Shown here one piece after another: positions 42,105 through 53,300 of a DNA stretch of 64,000 bases. The stretch spans positions 352,001 to 416,000 of the forward strand of contig CBDAOC010000019.1 of NCBI GenBank assembly GCA_965197925.1, in the 5' to 3' direction. The stretch comes from Nitrososphaerales archaeon. Lineage in GTDB: Archaea; Thermoproteota; Nitrososphaeria; Nitrososphaerales; UBA213. The notes under the pieces were generated by a model that had not been told where the DNA came from, did no database searches, and saw nothing but the letters and a program-made list of their open reading frames with translations. A program made the translations under genes and the position numbers. Numbering within the stretch: the stretch's first letter is position 1; each line of letters opens with the position of its first letter.

Positions 42105-42982
42105 TCAACTCATCTCAAAACCCTACAATACATCAAAAATGATGCAAGATTAACAAATGCCAGATAGTTTTCTGCCGTTCTTTCATACCTGGTTCTTGTT
42201 CTGTGAAATCCATTCTTGAGCCATGCAAAGAATCTCTCAACTACAAATCTTGTCTTGTTGTAATGTTTGTAATCATTATTTTGCAAGATGAACTTGGAAT
42301 TTATTTTGTATGGGATGCAACATGCAATATTTCTATCCCACAAATACATTCTGATGTATTTTGCATCATGTCCTTTGTCTGCATAAACTGATTCTATCTG
42401 TTGTATTGAATCATCATCAAGATAGTCTGAAATTGATCCTGTAACATCCATGCATTTTGTACTGTCATGTTCATTTGCTGGACTCAACAGTATGGATATT
42501 GGAAATCCGTTACCCTCTACTGCGGCATGTATTTTTGTACCTGTTATTCTCTTGAATCCATTATATCCAGTTACATTGCCCCTTTTTTATTAGGAATGGA
42601 TGGAGTCAACTGATATTTTTTGTAGATTAATTTTGCCAGATTTATGTGCTGGGTGAATAGTACGTGATAGAATCTTTTTCCAGATTCCTTTTTGTTGCCA
42701 TTTGTTTAACCCTCTGTTTGCAGTAGAATCATCACCATATCTTTTTGGCATATCGTCCCATCGGCATCCAGTAGTTAGAACATGGATTATTCCGTTAATG
42801 ATTTTTCTATCATCATCCCTAGGCCTGCCAGTTTTTGCATGTGGTGGTATGTGTGATTCCATCATACTCCACTGTTTGTCTGATAATTCTTGGAATTTCA
42901 TAAAATAATTTTAGATGTCGCTATTCATGGATCTAAATGGTCGCTAAAAATTGTCTAAATGGTTAGTTTTGAGATGAGTTGA
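42105..42982 (-). mobile_element. IS5-family element type B, second copy
   Basis: Perfect 17-bp TIRs TCAACTCATCTCAAAAC / GTTTTGAGATGAGTTGA. Near-identical to 10537-11436 but with different lesions. Confidence 0.92.
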
Positions 42983-43385
42983 ATATAGATATACTGCATA
43001 ATATCTTCCCTTTTGATGTTAATACATAAATCATGTAGTTTATTTATGACATGTAAAATTTTTGTTATTGAACACTTGTAAAATCGGTCTCTGGAATCTT
43101 TGCTTCCTATATTGAAGAGAGATTCTACTAGCAATTATTGAGGATGGTCTAACCATAATCATTAGAATTACTTGATTTTCACCAACAACCTTTAGGTAAT
43201 CACAACAAGTGATCTTCAATACTTGGTTCTATTTTGAATTATCACAATGTAAATATGTTATCCTTCATTGTTTTAAAGAACGCGTGAAGTATTTAATCAT
43301 AAGACTACATTTTCTTGTAAAGTAAGGTTATTTGTAGATGGATTGAAAACGAAGACTTTTAACATATCAAAGATTAACTACTCAA

Positions 43386-43748
43386 ATGAGTTTCAAAAGC
43401 TATGCTGATGAGCGTCTCATCACCAGTAGAGATGCCTTGAACAGGATGGAGATAAAACTCAAGCTTGTAGAAATTGTTGAAGGAGCATTTGATCCTATCG
43501 GATATAAACATGGGCATAGACTATTGGTAAAAAAAGTGCTTGCAGTAATAAAATACACAATGACCGATGAATTTGAAGAAAAAGAATTAGACCTGGAAGG
43601 TATAGAAATTGAAATGAAAACAAAAAGAGTATTTAGTTCTTCAAACAGATGGGTGTATTCAAAAGATGTAAAGAATGGATATGTTTCAGCTAATAAGCAC
43701 TTTGAGTTACTAGCTGATGCGATAGCTCTAGATTATGTTGTTATTTAA
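43386..43748 (+). CDS. Hypothetical protein
   Basis: 120-aa ORF with TTTTAA about 25 bp upstream. Confidence 0.7.
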   Translation: MSFKSYADERLITSRDALNRMEIKLKLVEIVEGAFDPIGYKHGHRLLVKKVLAVIKYTMTDEFEEKELDLEGIEIEMKTKRVFSSSNRWVYSKDVKNGYVSANKHFELLADAIALDYVVI

Positions 43749-44379
43749 CCATAAAGAGTCTAGTGTTGTGTGAAAGAGTCGTTTAAAGACATTTAACACT
43801 TTTTATCACTTCGTATCTAACTACAAATAATTGCTATGGTCTGTGTACTAAAATCTTCATCCTTTTTGAATTATGTTTGAGCTTAATGCATTCCATACCA
43901 AAGAGAGATTCCTTCACGCTCGTATTCATTGAATATAACCGTATAGGTAACCTATTTTTAAACTAAAGCAAATAGACTCCTTACTGATCTCTCCATTCTT
44001 GTTTTTCAAATTAGTCTTCAATTTCGAAGTGCTCTACATCAATCCTCCATACTTCATTAATGATATTTGTTTTTCATTGAAATGTATGTTGTCGTAATCC
44101 TTCTCTTCCTACGTATCATCTCTTTGTAAATATAGTAATTATAATCTCGCTTGTAAGAAATATGATAGCTGTTATACCAACATCATTTATGGATCATATT
44201 AGCCAATAGATAATACAATTAGAAGAGCCTACAAATATTTGTCCGCTCTTCTAATTATCATCCCTTAGGAATAGTAGAATAATATCTCAAAATTCACTTG
44301 AACGTCGGTTTCGCACTCATATCACCTAGATTAGTGGTGATAGTAAACTTTATCGGGTATCATTTAACACCATCATAAG

Positions 44380-44646
44380 ATGGTGACTCGAGCAGTCGAG
44401 GTGAATAATCATAGTTACACAATAACGCTTAGTGATCAGACTACTATGCTTGTCACAAGGTTAAAGAGATTATACAATGCCAGCTACGGTGACGTAGAAA
44501 GCTTTGACGAGACAAGTGGAGCCATTTCTACTACAATAAATGAACTCATAAAACACACCATAGAACCAGATCCAGGGGATGAGGATCTTGATGGTGTGAT
44601 ACAAGCGTTACTGAGAATATTTGAAGAGGAGAATGCGAAAAGTTAA
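44380..44646 (+). CDS. Hypothetical protein
   Basis: 88-aa acidic ORF with protein-like composition. Confidence 0.65.
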   Translation: MVTRAVEVNNHSYTITLSDQTTMLVTRLKRLYNASYGDVESFDETSGAISTTINELIKHTIEPDPGDEDLDGVIQALLRIFEEENAKS

Positions 44647-44695
44647 CCTACAACTTCTATTAATTCAAGACTAGCTTTAAATGTGTGAAGTAGTT

Positions 44696-44836
44696 ATGAA
44701 GTACATGATCCATTGCGAATGTGGTATATGTGGACATTCTTCAGAGAAGGATTGTATGCAGAAAGAATGTGAATGTTGTATGAATTTCCACTTAAGGTCG
44801 GGGCCTAAACTTAAAGCTAGCAATAATTTACAATGA
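44696..44836 (+). CDS. Cys/His-rich microprotein (metallothionein-like; not in ORF track)
   Basis: MKYMIHCECGICGHSSEKDCMQKECECCMNFHLRSGPKLKASNNLQ*. TTTAAA lies about 25 bp before the second ATG (44705). Confidence 0.65.
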   Translation: MKYMIHCECGICGHSSEKDCMQKECECCMNFHLRSGPKLKASNNLQ

Positions 44837-44878
44837 TTCATCTTATGTTTAAATAATAATGAGTCACTGCATTATTGA

Positions 44879-46222
44879 ATGAAAAGTCAAGCGTTTCAGC
44901 AGTGCATAGATCCCAGATGTAGTCTGAACTATCCTATTCTAGAAGCTAGAATACAATGTGAAAAGAACCATTTGATTGACATAAAATACAAAGGAAACTT
45001 TCCAAAATATCTCAAGGACGTTTTTTATGGAAGGCGCAATCATGGGGGTAATATATATAATGAAAGTGGTGTATGGCGCTTCAGGGAACTACTCAATTTT
45101 TCACAGGTAGATATGGAAAGTCAAGCGGAGTGTTCCGAATTCCTTGTTTCCCTAGACGGTTCAGAAGGAAGATTATCAAGACCCTACAAGATGACCAGGG
45201 TCACAGATTATGTAGGTCTTAAATCTGGGGGTCTATTCCTTCAGCCAGAAGGATACAACCCAAGTGGATCCTTCAAAGACAATGGTATGGCAACTGCACT
45301 AACACATGCAAAAATGCTTGGAGTAAAGAGGATAATATGTGCTTCAACAGGAAATACCTCGGCGTCAGCAGCCATGTATGCATCCAATGAAAATATTCGA
45401 TGTGATGTCTTTATACCAAAAGGTGAAGTTGCACCAGGAAAGCTTGGACAAGCATTTCAGTTTGGTGCACAGATATTTGAAATAGAAGGTAACTTTGATG
45501 ATGCTCTTTTAGCATCAATCGAAGAAGCAAAGAAAACTGGTGCTTACACTGTTAATTCCATTAATCCATTCAGGTTAGAGGGTCAGAAGACGATCTTGTA
45601 TAGAATCATGGAATATTTGAAATGGGAGCCACCAGATTGGATCGTGTATCCTGGAGGCGCACTTGGGAATTCATCAAGTGCAGGAAAATGTCTCATGGAA
45701 TTGTATGAATGGGGGTGGATAAAGAAGGTTCCACGACTAGCGGTAATTAATTCAGAGGGTGCGAACACGTTTTACAACCTGTACAACGGCAAATACAATA
45801 ATGTAATGTTAAGATGGAATGGTGGCAAAGTTGTTCAAGAGTTCATTAATAATTACTACGATTATATGGACAAAAATGCGATCAGACCAAAGACAGAAGC
45901 CACAGCAATTCAGATAGGGAAGCCAACAAATATTCTTAAGGCTTTGCGTGCGTTGGAATTTACGAATGGAGTAGTAACGCAGGTAAGCGACATAGAGATG
46001 TACGACGGTATGTCTATTGTAGGCTTGAATGGATTCGATTGTGAACTCGCATCGGGTTCTGTTCCAGCGGGTATAAAAAAATTGCTTAATGAAGAAATAA
46101 TAAAAAGTGATGATGTTGTCGTTGGCATACTTACAGGAAGACAAAAGGACCCAATTGGTTGTGTGAAATATCATTCAAATCCAAATAACAGATTTGCCAA
46201 CCCTCCAAAAACCCATAACTAA
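44879..46222 (+). CDS. thrC: Threonine synthase
   Basis: NPSGSFKDNG, CASTGNTSAS, NSINPFRLEGQKT and PGGALGN motifs. Confidence 0.94.
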   Translation: MKSQAFQQCIDPRCSLNYPILEARIQCEKNHLIDIKYKGNFPKYLKDVFYGRRNHGGNIYNESGVWRFRELLNFSQVDMESQAECSEFLVSLDGSEGRLSRPYKMTRVTDYVGLKSGGLFLQPEGYNPSGSFKDNGMATALTHAKMLGVKRIICASTGNTSASAAMYASNENIRCDVFIPKGEVAPGKLGQAFQFGAQIFEIEGNFDDALLASIEEAKKTGAYTVNSINPFRLEGQKTILYRIMEYLKWEPPDWIVYPGGALGNSSSAGKCLMELYEWGWIKKVPRLAVINSEGANTFYNLYNGKYNNVMLRWNGGKVVQEFINNYYDYMDKNAIRPKTEATAIQIGKPTNILKALRALEFTNGVVTQVSDIEMYDGMSIVGLNGFDCELASGSVPAGIKKLLNEEIIKSDDVVVGILTGRQKDPIGCVKYHSNPNNRFANPPKTHN

Positions 46223-46730
46223 TAGATTCACGCATTTTTTGTAATTCCATCTATAATTAAGATACAAGATTAAAAGTCTAAGATCTTTGTGTTAATCAAG
46301 AAACATATACCATTCCAAAATTTTTAGTACCTATCCTAATGTTTTTAACATGGTAAAATACTTATCATTGCAATATTATGCATATAGCTGCAATGATAAT
46401 TGCTTGGGAATACATTTCTTTTTGACGCCCAGAGCAGCGAACTGTTAGCCCTGATATGTTATGGTAAAAAAACCAGAATTGAGTTTAAGAATGGTCCTAG
46501 TGGACTTGAGGTTTACCAAATGTAAAGTGATATAGATTCTATTTTATTTATCATGGAATTGGTGAGTTGATCAAAGCCACAAATCCACTCGCAATATCAT
46601 AGATATACGGAACTACAAAAGGTAAACCAAACTGGTCATTATACTCAAATTTCTTTGCTAGAAAATTCCAACATACAAAATTAACCCGTGGAATATAGTT
46701 TTTTCGAGAATAAGAATAATATTAATAAAA

Positions 46731-46825
46731 TGCGGTGGGCGGGATTATCAGGTATTTTCTACCTCTTGAACCCGCGTTGACAGCGTGGCAGGCTGCCGTC
46801 CTAGACCAAGCTAGACGACCACCGC
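46731..46825 (-). tRNA. tRNA-Gly(GCC) with 20-nt T-loop intron (46745-46764, position 59/60)
   Basis: Acceptor GCGGTGG/CCACCGC, GCAGC-CTGCCAC-GCTGT. Removing the insert restores T-loop TTCAAGT. Confidence 0.92.
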
Positions 46826-47761
46826 ATAACATCACTAAAAAGAAGCTACTATAATTTTATTATGTCCTCTGGTACTGTCATATTAACCTAGATGTAGAAA
46901 TTCTACAGCTTTATGTAGCCCTTTCCTTTATGCTGTCACTATGATGAGGATATTTTATCTACATAATGTGTGGATATGGTAGATCCTCCTACAAAGATAG
47001 GAAAATTATGGGCCTAGACACAACGATTGCGTAAGGGCCAAGTGTGACTTCTAAGAATCTTCTTACATAATGGAAACCGCTAAAAATAAGTCTTAACTTA
47101 TTTTTGGCTCTATCTGAAAGCATCATACTCGATACAAGTATATGGAAATCATAAATATACAGAACTGTCGGGGGTATTGACTACTAGTTGTCGGGTTCAA
47201 CCTTCAGCTTCCCATCGGTAATTAATTTCCTCTTATAACACCCACACTAACAATAATACTCTTCCAATAATGCCCTTTCTTAATGTGAATTCCTCATTTG
47301 TGACATCATACTTCCATAATCTTAGTAATGCACCATCTTTGATGTAATTTTTTTTCTACATATAACACTTTGAGGAAGATGATTCTCCCTTAATGTCACT
47401 TTTTCTGCTATCATTTGTTGGAAATACGCTCAAATTGACTTTTCCGCTTCCTAGACTCACTAAAACGAAGCAACGAAACCACGATTCATTCGTTAAAGCC
47501 TTCCTGGATTTACTGTAATGTCATATTAATGTCATAATATCACTAAATGCCATAATATTCACTGATTTTAGCTCGCCAGAATCGTGGCTATATACACTTT
47601 ATAAACCCGATAATATTCTGACATTTGTATCAATTAGTGATTATTATGAGACCAAGAGCCTATATTATGACAAAAGAGTGGAATTTGTGCTGCTGATAAT
47701 GGAGCACTCGATAAAATAACCTATATTGGTCCGTTAATAACGTCTTATGTGACACTAATAA

Positions 47762-47882
47762 TGTCATCAGTGGATTGATGGTGTCATCAGTGCGTATTTA
47801 GTGCACAAACAGTGTCATCAGTGGATTGATGGTGTCATCAGTGCGTATTTAGTGCACAAACAGTGCAGTGGATTGATGGTGT
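47762..47882. repeat. 51-bp tandem repeat (2 perfect copies plus a partial)
   Basis: Unit TGTCATCAGTGGATTGATGGTGTCATCAGTGCGTATTTAGTGCACAAACAG at 47762 and 47813. Confidence 0.9.
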
Positions 47883-48970
47883 ATTATTAACGTGAAGGTG
47901 AACATTATTAGGGGGTTACCTACACTAATAACTTCACTAACTAAATTATTTTTCCGTTATTTCAACAAAATCGTTGTTTTGAATAATTAAAATCCATACC
48001 TAATTCCTTCTAGCAATAATGCTATTATACTCTGATAGATGTTATCATCACGAATATTGGTGGTAGTGAGTTCAGCAGATAATGGTACAATCAATGAACC
48101 TGTGCTAGATCTTATACACGGCTCGTAACCGAATATCCATACTTTGGTTTTGTAAGTCCCATCTTACATCTATATCTATTCCAGAGTGTGGAATAATATG
48201 CTTCATCATGCTGGATTTGTGCCATACATCTCCCTTTGTTTTTAATAAGCAACTGTCAATGGATACTATGAATAGGTCTAATAACCCTTTCTCTTACAAA
48301 CAGGATTGCCATTACATCTAATTTGATTTTATGTCAATTGATATGGTCTTGTACCTTCTATCGAATGTTCTTCTGTCCGGCTACCTACCCAACCCCGCAT
48401 GATTTCAAACTCTCCTGATTTACACAATATCTAACGAAAAATATTGATACAAAGCATTGCTGCTTGGTATTCTTAACCATACTCTAACGATGAAGCATCA
48501 CACCATTACTGTTGGTGAGTAGTAGAATGGTCTACCTCTATTCCTATTAGGTTTTTGCCAAGGAATCACGCCAATAAAGATAATATACGAAGGAATATGG
48601 AGTTGGGCTAAACACATTAACAATTAGAACTGGAACCTGATCTTATTGTTTCGAGAAAATTGACTAAACAAAAGCCTCAAGTAATTGTGGGTTAATTATA
48701 ATGCAAAAATGCATCAAACAGCATGACCAGTCCAATAAAGATATGAAAACCTGTATTGATATGTCTCGTCAATCGTTCCAAATCAAAGTCTTTTGCACTT
48801 TAAAATATATCACTCATTTTGTTAGCTAATTTGTTCCAGTAAGGGGATTGAAAAAAAATTACCACATATGGTTATTAACAATTTTTGCACCTTAGTAATG
48901 GTAATAGAAAGCCCATACTACGTTAACTTCCACTATATACCCATTCACAATGATGGTAGTCCCTAGAGTT

Positions 48971-49711
48971 TTAAAAAAGAGAAAGTTTATTCTTATCAAT
49001 TTTCTTAAAGGGTCGAAGAATTTTGTCTAATTTCTCGCCATAATGAACCATTTTAGGTCCATGCGCACTTACATAGGTTATCTTACTTTCAGTTTTCCTT
49101 ACCTTGCTGGCTATAGTAGAGTAATCGTATTCGCCAAGGCGGAAATCATTTTTTGGGTTTCCGAATACTCTTGTATAGGTGATATCATTGTCATAACGTA
49201 CATCCTCCCAACTCAAGTCGACCACATGGATTATGTTCAAATCTCTTATAAGATTAATCAAACCATCAGGTAATTCTGAAATTCTTTTCCTGAATTGCCA
49301 TGCTATTTGAACACCATTTAGAGATATTCCACTGAAAAACTGTTTGACATCAGTGATGAATTTTTCATCTAAAAGTAAAGATGCGGGTATTTCAAAAACT
49401 AGAATTTTAGCATTAAGAATCTTACAGCATATTAGCATTTTATTAATAGTTTTATAAGCATCTTCTGTAGGTCTAATCCCAACCTTATGTGTTAAACCCT
49501 GATAACATTTTACACTAAATTCAAAATCGTAAGGAACTTGATGTCTCCATCTTTCTATTGTTTTAGGATCAAATATTTTGTAAAACGTAGAATTTACCTC
49601 TACAAATCTGAAAGTCTTACTATAAACTTTCAATCTCATACCTGGAGATAATAAATCCTTCTTATAATCATACCAACCTCCGGTACCAACATATATCTCC
49701 TCAATCATCAT
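48971..49711 (-). CDS. DUF72 family protein
   Basis: YVGTGGW, FVEVNSTFY and FEFSVK..LTH motifs. Confidence 0.88.
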   Translation of the reverse strand: MMIEEIYVGTGGWYDYKKDLLSPGMRLKVYSKTFRFVEVNSTFYKIFDPKTIERWRHQVPYDFEFSVKCYQGLTHKVGIRPTEDAYKTINKMLICCKILNAKILVFEIPASLLLDEKFITDVKQFFSGISLNGVQIAWQFRKRISELPDGLINLIRDLNIIHVVDLSWEDVRYDNDITYTRVFGNPKNDFRLGEYDYSTIASKVRKTESKITYVSAHGPKMVHYGEKLDKILRPFKKIDKNKLSLF

Positions 49712-50072
49712 GAGGCAGCTCTAATAATGCTCTTATGAATATATTGATTATTTCAGAACTACTTGTTTGTTTAGGATAGAGATATCTACCTGAAACTGCA
49801 TTTGGGTAATTGACTAAATGTTTATATCCTCCAAAAAAACATGTGTCTCTTAAATTAGAATGGGTCATGAATTATATAATTCATCTTTTGTCACATTATT
49901 AGAAAGAAGCGAATTGAATAAGGATTTCTTATTTATTCCTAACAATCTACTTCATCCAAGAATAATTGATGCAACCTTCCTGTATCAATTTTATAAGCTA
50001 ATAGATCCAACACAAACTGCACTATTCAGTATCTATGATATCGTCATGATACTCTAAATGTTCCTTGATTTA

Positions 50073-50585
50073 TTAGTTAATTTTTTCTACTTCTTGTTCC
50101 AAAGGAATTACATTTATCGTTGTAGTCGTTGGCAATTTGCTAGAAGCAGTCTGCATTGCTTCTTTTCCCTTTTGCAAATCTCTAGTCTTTACCTGCAATT
50201 CAAGTATCACCTGCCCCGAATAGATTCTTGCTGCCAGGCCAACGCCCTTCCCAAAAGCTCTTCTCATACCTTCCTGTAGTCTATCTGCACCAGCAGCAGC
50301 TATCATTTTGTTCTCCCTTAGTATCACATGTGGATACACCCTGAGTAAACTGTAAAAGGAAGATTCACCAACTTCGACCATTGCTTTGTTTGCAGCTAAT
50401 CTAGCAGCTTCTAAAGCGTTATGTCTTATCTGAACTTTCTCGTTACTGATCAACTCTATTTTAAAATCGTAATTTCCAGTAGCTCCACCTGTGAATTTTG
50501 CAATTTTTGACTGAGGCTTCCCTTTAATATACTCACGTCTAACATAAGGCATTCCTCTCCATTCTCGGTAATTTCCTCCCCTCAA
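50073..50585 (-). CDS. rpl10e: 50S ribosomal protein L16/L10e (uL16)
   Basis: QIRHNALEAAR and YPHVILRENKM..AGADRLQEGMRRAFGK motifs. Confidence 0.96.
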   Translation of the reverse strand: MRGGNYREWRGMPYVRREYIKGKPQSKIAKFTGGATGNYDFKIELISNEKVQIRHNALEAARLAANKAMVEVGESSFYSLLRVYPHVILRENKMIAAAGADRLQEGMRRAFGKGVGLAARIYSGQVILELQVKTRDLQKGKEAMQTASSKLPTTTTINVIPLEQEVEKIN

Positions 50586-50632
50586 CGCATATACACCTAA
50601 ATTAAAGCAAAATCTAATATGATTTAATTGTT

Positions 50633-51202
50633 ATGTCTGAAGTGGAATACACCATACATGGAGAGCTTTCAAGAGGGTATGTACTAATTGATGATGAAAA
50701 CACCATCTCAGAGCTTACAAAGAAGGGTTTTGGAGATAGCGAAGGCAAAAAGTACTTGCTTAGGATTTATGAAGCACTTTACCTACTGTTTAGCAACAAG
50801 ATGGTAATCAAACACAAAAACCAATTGGTGAACTTTGACCAGTTAGTTGATATAGCGATGAAGAAAGATGATCAAGCATGGACACGTTTCTTGGTTTACA
50901 GGGACCTTAGGAGTAAGGGATATGTTGCGAAGGAAGGTTTTGGATTTGGAGTTGATTTCAGGGTCTACGACCGTGGTGACTTTGGGAACAAATCCGCAAA
51001 ATATGTCGTTTTTGGAATAAACGAGGGTACGAAGATGGAAGTAAAAAAGCTTAACGATACAGTTGGGCAGATAAGACATATGGGTAAAGAACCCGTTATA
51101 GCTGTTATTGAAAGGAGAGGCGAAGTAATTTATTATAAAGTATCAACTATGCGTTTCCTCAATAATAAGAGCCTATTTGACATTGATACGATAACCAAGT
51201 AA
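50633..51202 (+). CDS. endA: tRNA-splicing endonuclease subunit, probably the structural (beta) subunit
   Basis: EALYL and VYRDLRSKGY..GFGFGVDFRVY motifs. The catalytic His expected after VY is not evident. Confidence 0.85.
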   Translation: MSEVEYTIHGELSRGYVLIDDENTISELTKKGFGDSEGKKYLLRIYEALYLLFSNKMVIKHKNQLVNFDQLVDIAMKKDDQAWTRFLVYRDLRSKGYVAKEGFGFGVDFRVYDRGDFGNKSAKYVVFGINEGTKMEVKKLNDTVGQIRHMGKEPVIAVIERRGEVIYYKVSTMRFLNNKSLFDIDTITK

Positions 51203-51301
51203 TTAAATAATTATTTAATACCATTCTTCTTGTTTCTATCTGAAATTTTTTTGTGTATTGGTCTATCATAAATAGTTCAACAATTCATAATAGTAGAAAA
51301 G

Positions 51302-51393
51302 TGCTCCGGGCGGGATTTCCACCATAAAGGATTTGAACCCGCGATCAGCGGCTCGAGAGGCCGCTATGCTTAACCGGGCTACACCACCGGAGC
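51302..51393 (-). tRNA. tRNA-Glu(CTC) with 16-nt T-loop intron (51316-51331, position 59/60)
   Basis: Acceptor GCTCCGG/CCGGAGC, GCGGC-CTCTCGA-GCCGC. BHB TTCA/TGGA with AAT bulges. Confidence 0.93.
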
Positions 51394-51689
51394 ACCGAGT
51401 TTTTGCCTATTCAGTGCAATTTAAAGCATCCTTTCATATCATTGTAATGTAATATTATTATTTTTTTAACCATGCAAGTCTATATGCAAGAATCAAACGT
51501 AAAACCCCTAATTTTCTGACAAGGGGTGTAATTCCTATATGATTGTGGATTCTTTCTCCACAGACCAACTATTACACTTTAATACTTCTTCAATTTACTT
51601 TTCCAAGAATAGCATCCAAATAATTGATTACTTAAACAGGGCGAATATACCTCTTATTTTATTTAAGCTAAACATGTTGTCAACTAGAC

Positions 51690-52568
51690 TTGAAAGTGCC
51701 AAAAAGTATAATTGATGAGCTCATGAACAAATATGAACAATTACCCATTGCTCTTACGGGTTGCAGTACTACAACACAAACATTGGATTGTTGTGAATAT
51801 GATTTTATTGTTTTATCCGATCGTGATTGCTATGAATGGCTTTGTAATGATAGTGAATATGCAGAGATACATACTATACCTGCAGATCAGAAAAAGCATG
51901 CACTTGCTCTACTACTTCAGAATATGCAAATAATAAACGACCCCTCTTGGATATTCGCAACCCTAAAACAAGACTTTGTAAAAATAGGGTCCGAAGCTCT
52001 ATCTTTCTATTCTAGAAACTTAGCGGTAGATGCATTATTTTATGCTAATCGATCTCGAGAGGTAGCTATGGTAAATACATTATTGTCATCATTGTGGCTA
52101 AAGTGTGCTGCATATTTTTATTTAGAAGCCGTAATAGCAAAGAAAGGATTGAAACCCATGCCTACACATATGTTGGCACAGCTTCGTTCTTTAAATGATG
52201 ATAATAATAGTATAGGTATTACTATTGCAAGTATCTGTCTGGGTCTAGAACGTGCAAACAGATCATCTATATCAAGATGTGTGGAAGCAGCAATAGAGCT
52301 AAACGAGCGGATTGTGAAAGACCAATCCAAACAGATCGTTGCAAGAAAAGTAGAATTCCTCCTCCAATCTGGAATGTATTCGGATTGTTATTTTTATTTA
52401 GGTTACTTAGCCAAGAATGCAGCGGTGAGACTAGCATCTAACCAGAAGATCCTAAGAGACCATATGTTTATGATAAATATTGCAATGGATCTTACCACTG
52501 ACCAAACATTCATATCTAAATTTTCAACCAAACTAATGGACGCCTGCAATAAGCTAATGTTAGGATAA
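51690..52568 (+). CDS. Hypothetical protein, possible degenerate nucleotidyltransferase-like N-terminus
   Basis: 292-aa ORF. ALTGC...EYDFIVL loosely resembles the GS..DxD motif. Confidence 0.65.
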   Translation: MKVPKSIIDELMNKYEQLPIALTGCSTTTQTLDCCEYDFIVLSDRDCYEWLCNDSEYAEIHTIPADQKKHALALLLQNMQIINDPSWIFATLKQDFVKIGSEALSFYSRNLAVDALFYANRSREVAMVNTLLSSLWLKCAAYFYLEAVIAKKGLKPMPTHMLAQLRSLNDDNNSIGITIASICLGLERANRSSISRCVEAAIELNERIVKDQSKQIVARKVEFLLQSGMYSDCYFYLGYLAKNAAVRLASNQKILRDHMFMINIAMDLTTDQTFISKFSTKLMDACNKLMLG

Positions 52569-52795
52569 AAAGTCACTTGCACTTCAACATTGAAAAATAA
52601 ATTATTGAAATAATTTCAGATAATCAGTCTGCGCTGTAGGTATCTTTAGGTATCTTATATCATTCGTATAATTATTTAGTCATCTTTTTCTTTTCTGTTA
52701 CTTATGCAGCATTGACTCTAACCCTTCTACTTCTTCGATAAATGGTGAAGGCTCTGCATGTGGGAATCTTACAAGGTATACGTACATTGTTCCAG

Positions 52796-53017
52796 TTATA
52801 CGGGTGTGTTCCTCTGTTTTGCTACAACTGAATACGATCTTATCGCCTTTCTTAATCCATATGTTATCTTCAAGTCATCAATCTTATAATCAATAGTTGT
52901 CATGTCGTTACCTTTAAGGTCAAAACCACCCCTGGGATGTTTAATACCGTTGATCTCAAACGCTAAATTAGATACGATCTTATCGTCTTTAAGATCCGCA
53001 TTCCAATGATAACCCAT
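52796..53017 (-). pseudogene. Gene fragment at the island edge
   Basis: Short ORF whose upstream in-frame sequence (PTPTNATEPK) is broken by stops. Confidence 0.35.
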
Positions 53018-53131
53018 TTTGGGTTCTGTTGCGTTAGTGGGTGTTGGCTAGAAATTTTATCCGTGTTGCGTGTCGGGTGTTTTTGGTCACCAGATCGCCA
53101 GATTTAAGAAGACAGTTACATTTTATCTAAT

Positions 53132-53299
53132 ATGGTCTGGCAAGCACTTGCGATTGGAATAGCTGCAGGGTTGATTGTGAAGATAATTGATGATGCTCTT
53201 AGTGAACATTGTCCTTATTGTAAGAGTAAACTTGAAAGACGAGAACCAAAGGTCTATTTTTGCAACAAATGTCAGTTGTACTTTTTCACTTCAAAGTAA
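53132..53299 (+). CDS. Membrane-anchored zinc-ribbon microprotein (not in ORF track)
   Basis: MVWQALAIGIAAGLIVKIIDDALSEHCPYCKSKLERREPKVYFCNKCQLYFFTSK*. Confidence 0.65.
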   Translation: MVWQALAIGIAAGLIVKIIDDALSEHCPYCKSKLERREPKVYFCNKCQLYFFTSK

Positions 53300-53300
53300 C

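Noticed and set aside
46400..46700. Possible transposase remnant between thrC and tRNA-Gly
   Set aside because: Too degraded to assign from sequence alone.
47762..47882. Mini-CRISPR or coding repeat
   Set aside because: The intervening segments are themselves repeated. The one open frame checked is bounded by stops and has no start codon at its 5' end.
50073..50585. Genetic linkage of uL16 to ycaO-tfuA
   Set aside because: They are 47 kb apart with unrelated genes between; being in the same window is not evidence of a substrate relationship.
51302..51393. tRNA-Glu as the integration site of the right-hand island
   Set aside because: Its 3' end points away from the island, and no duplicated tRNA fragment was seen within the window.
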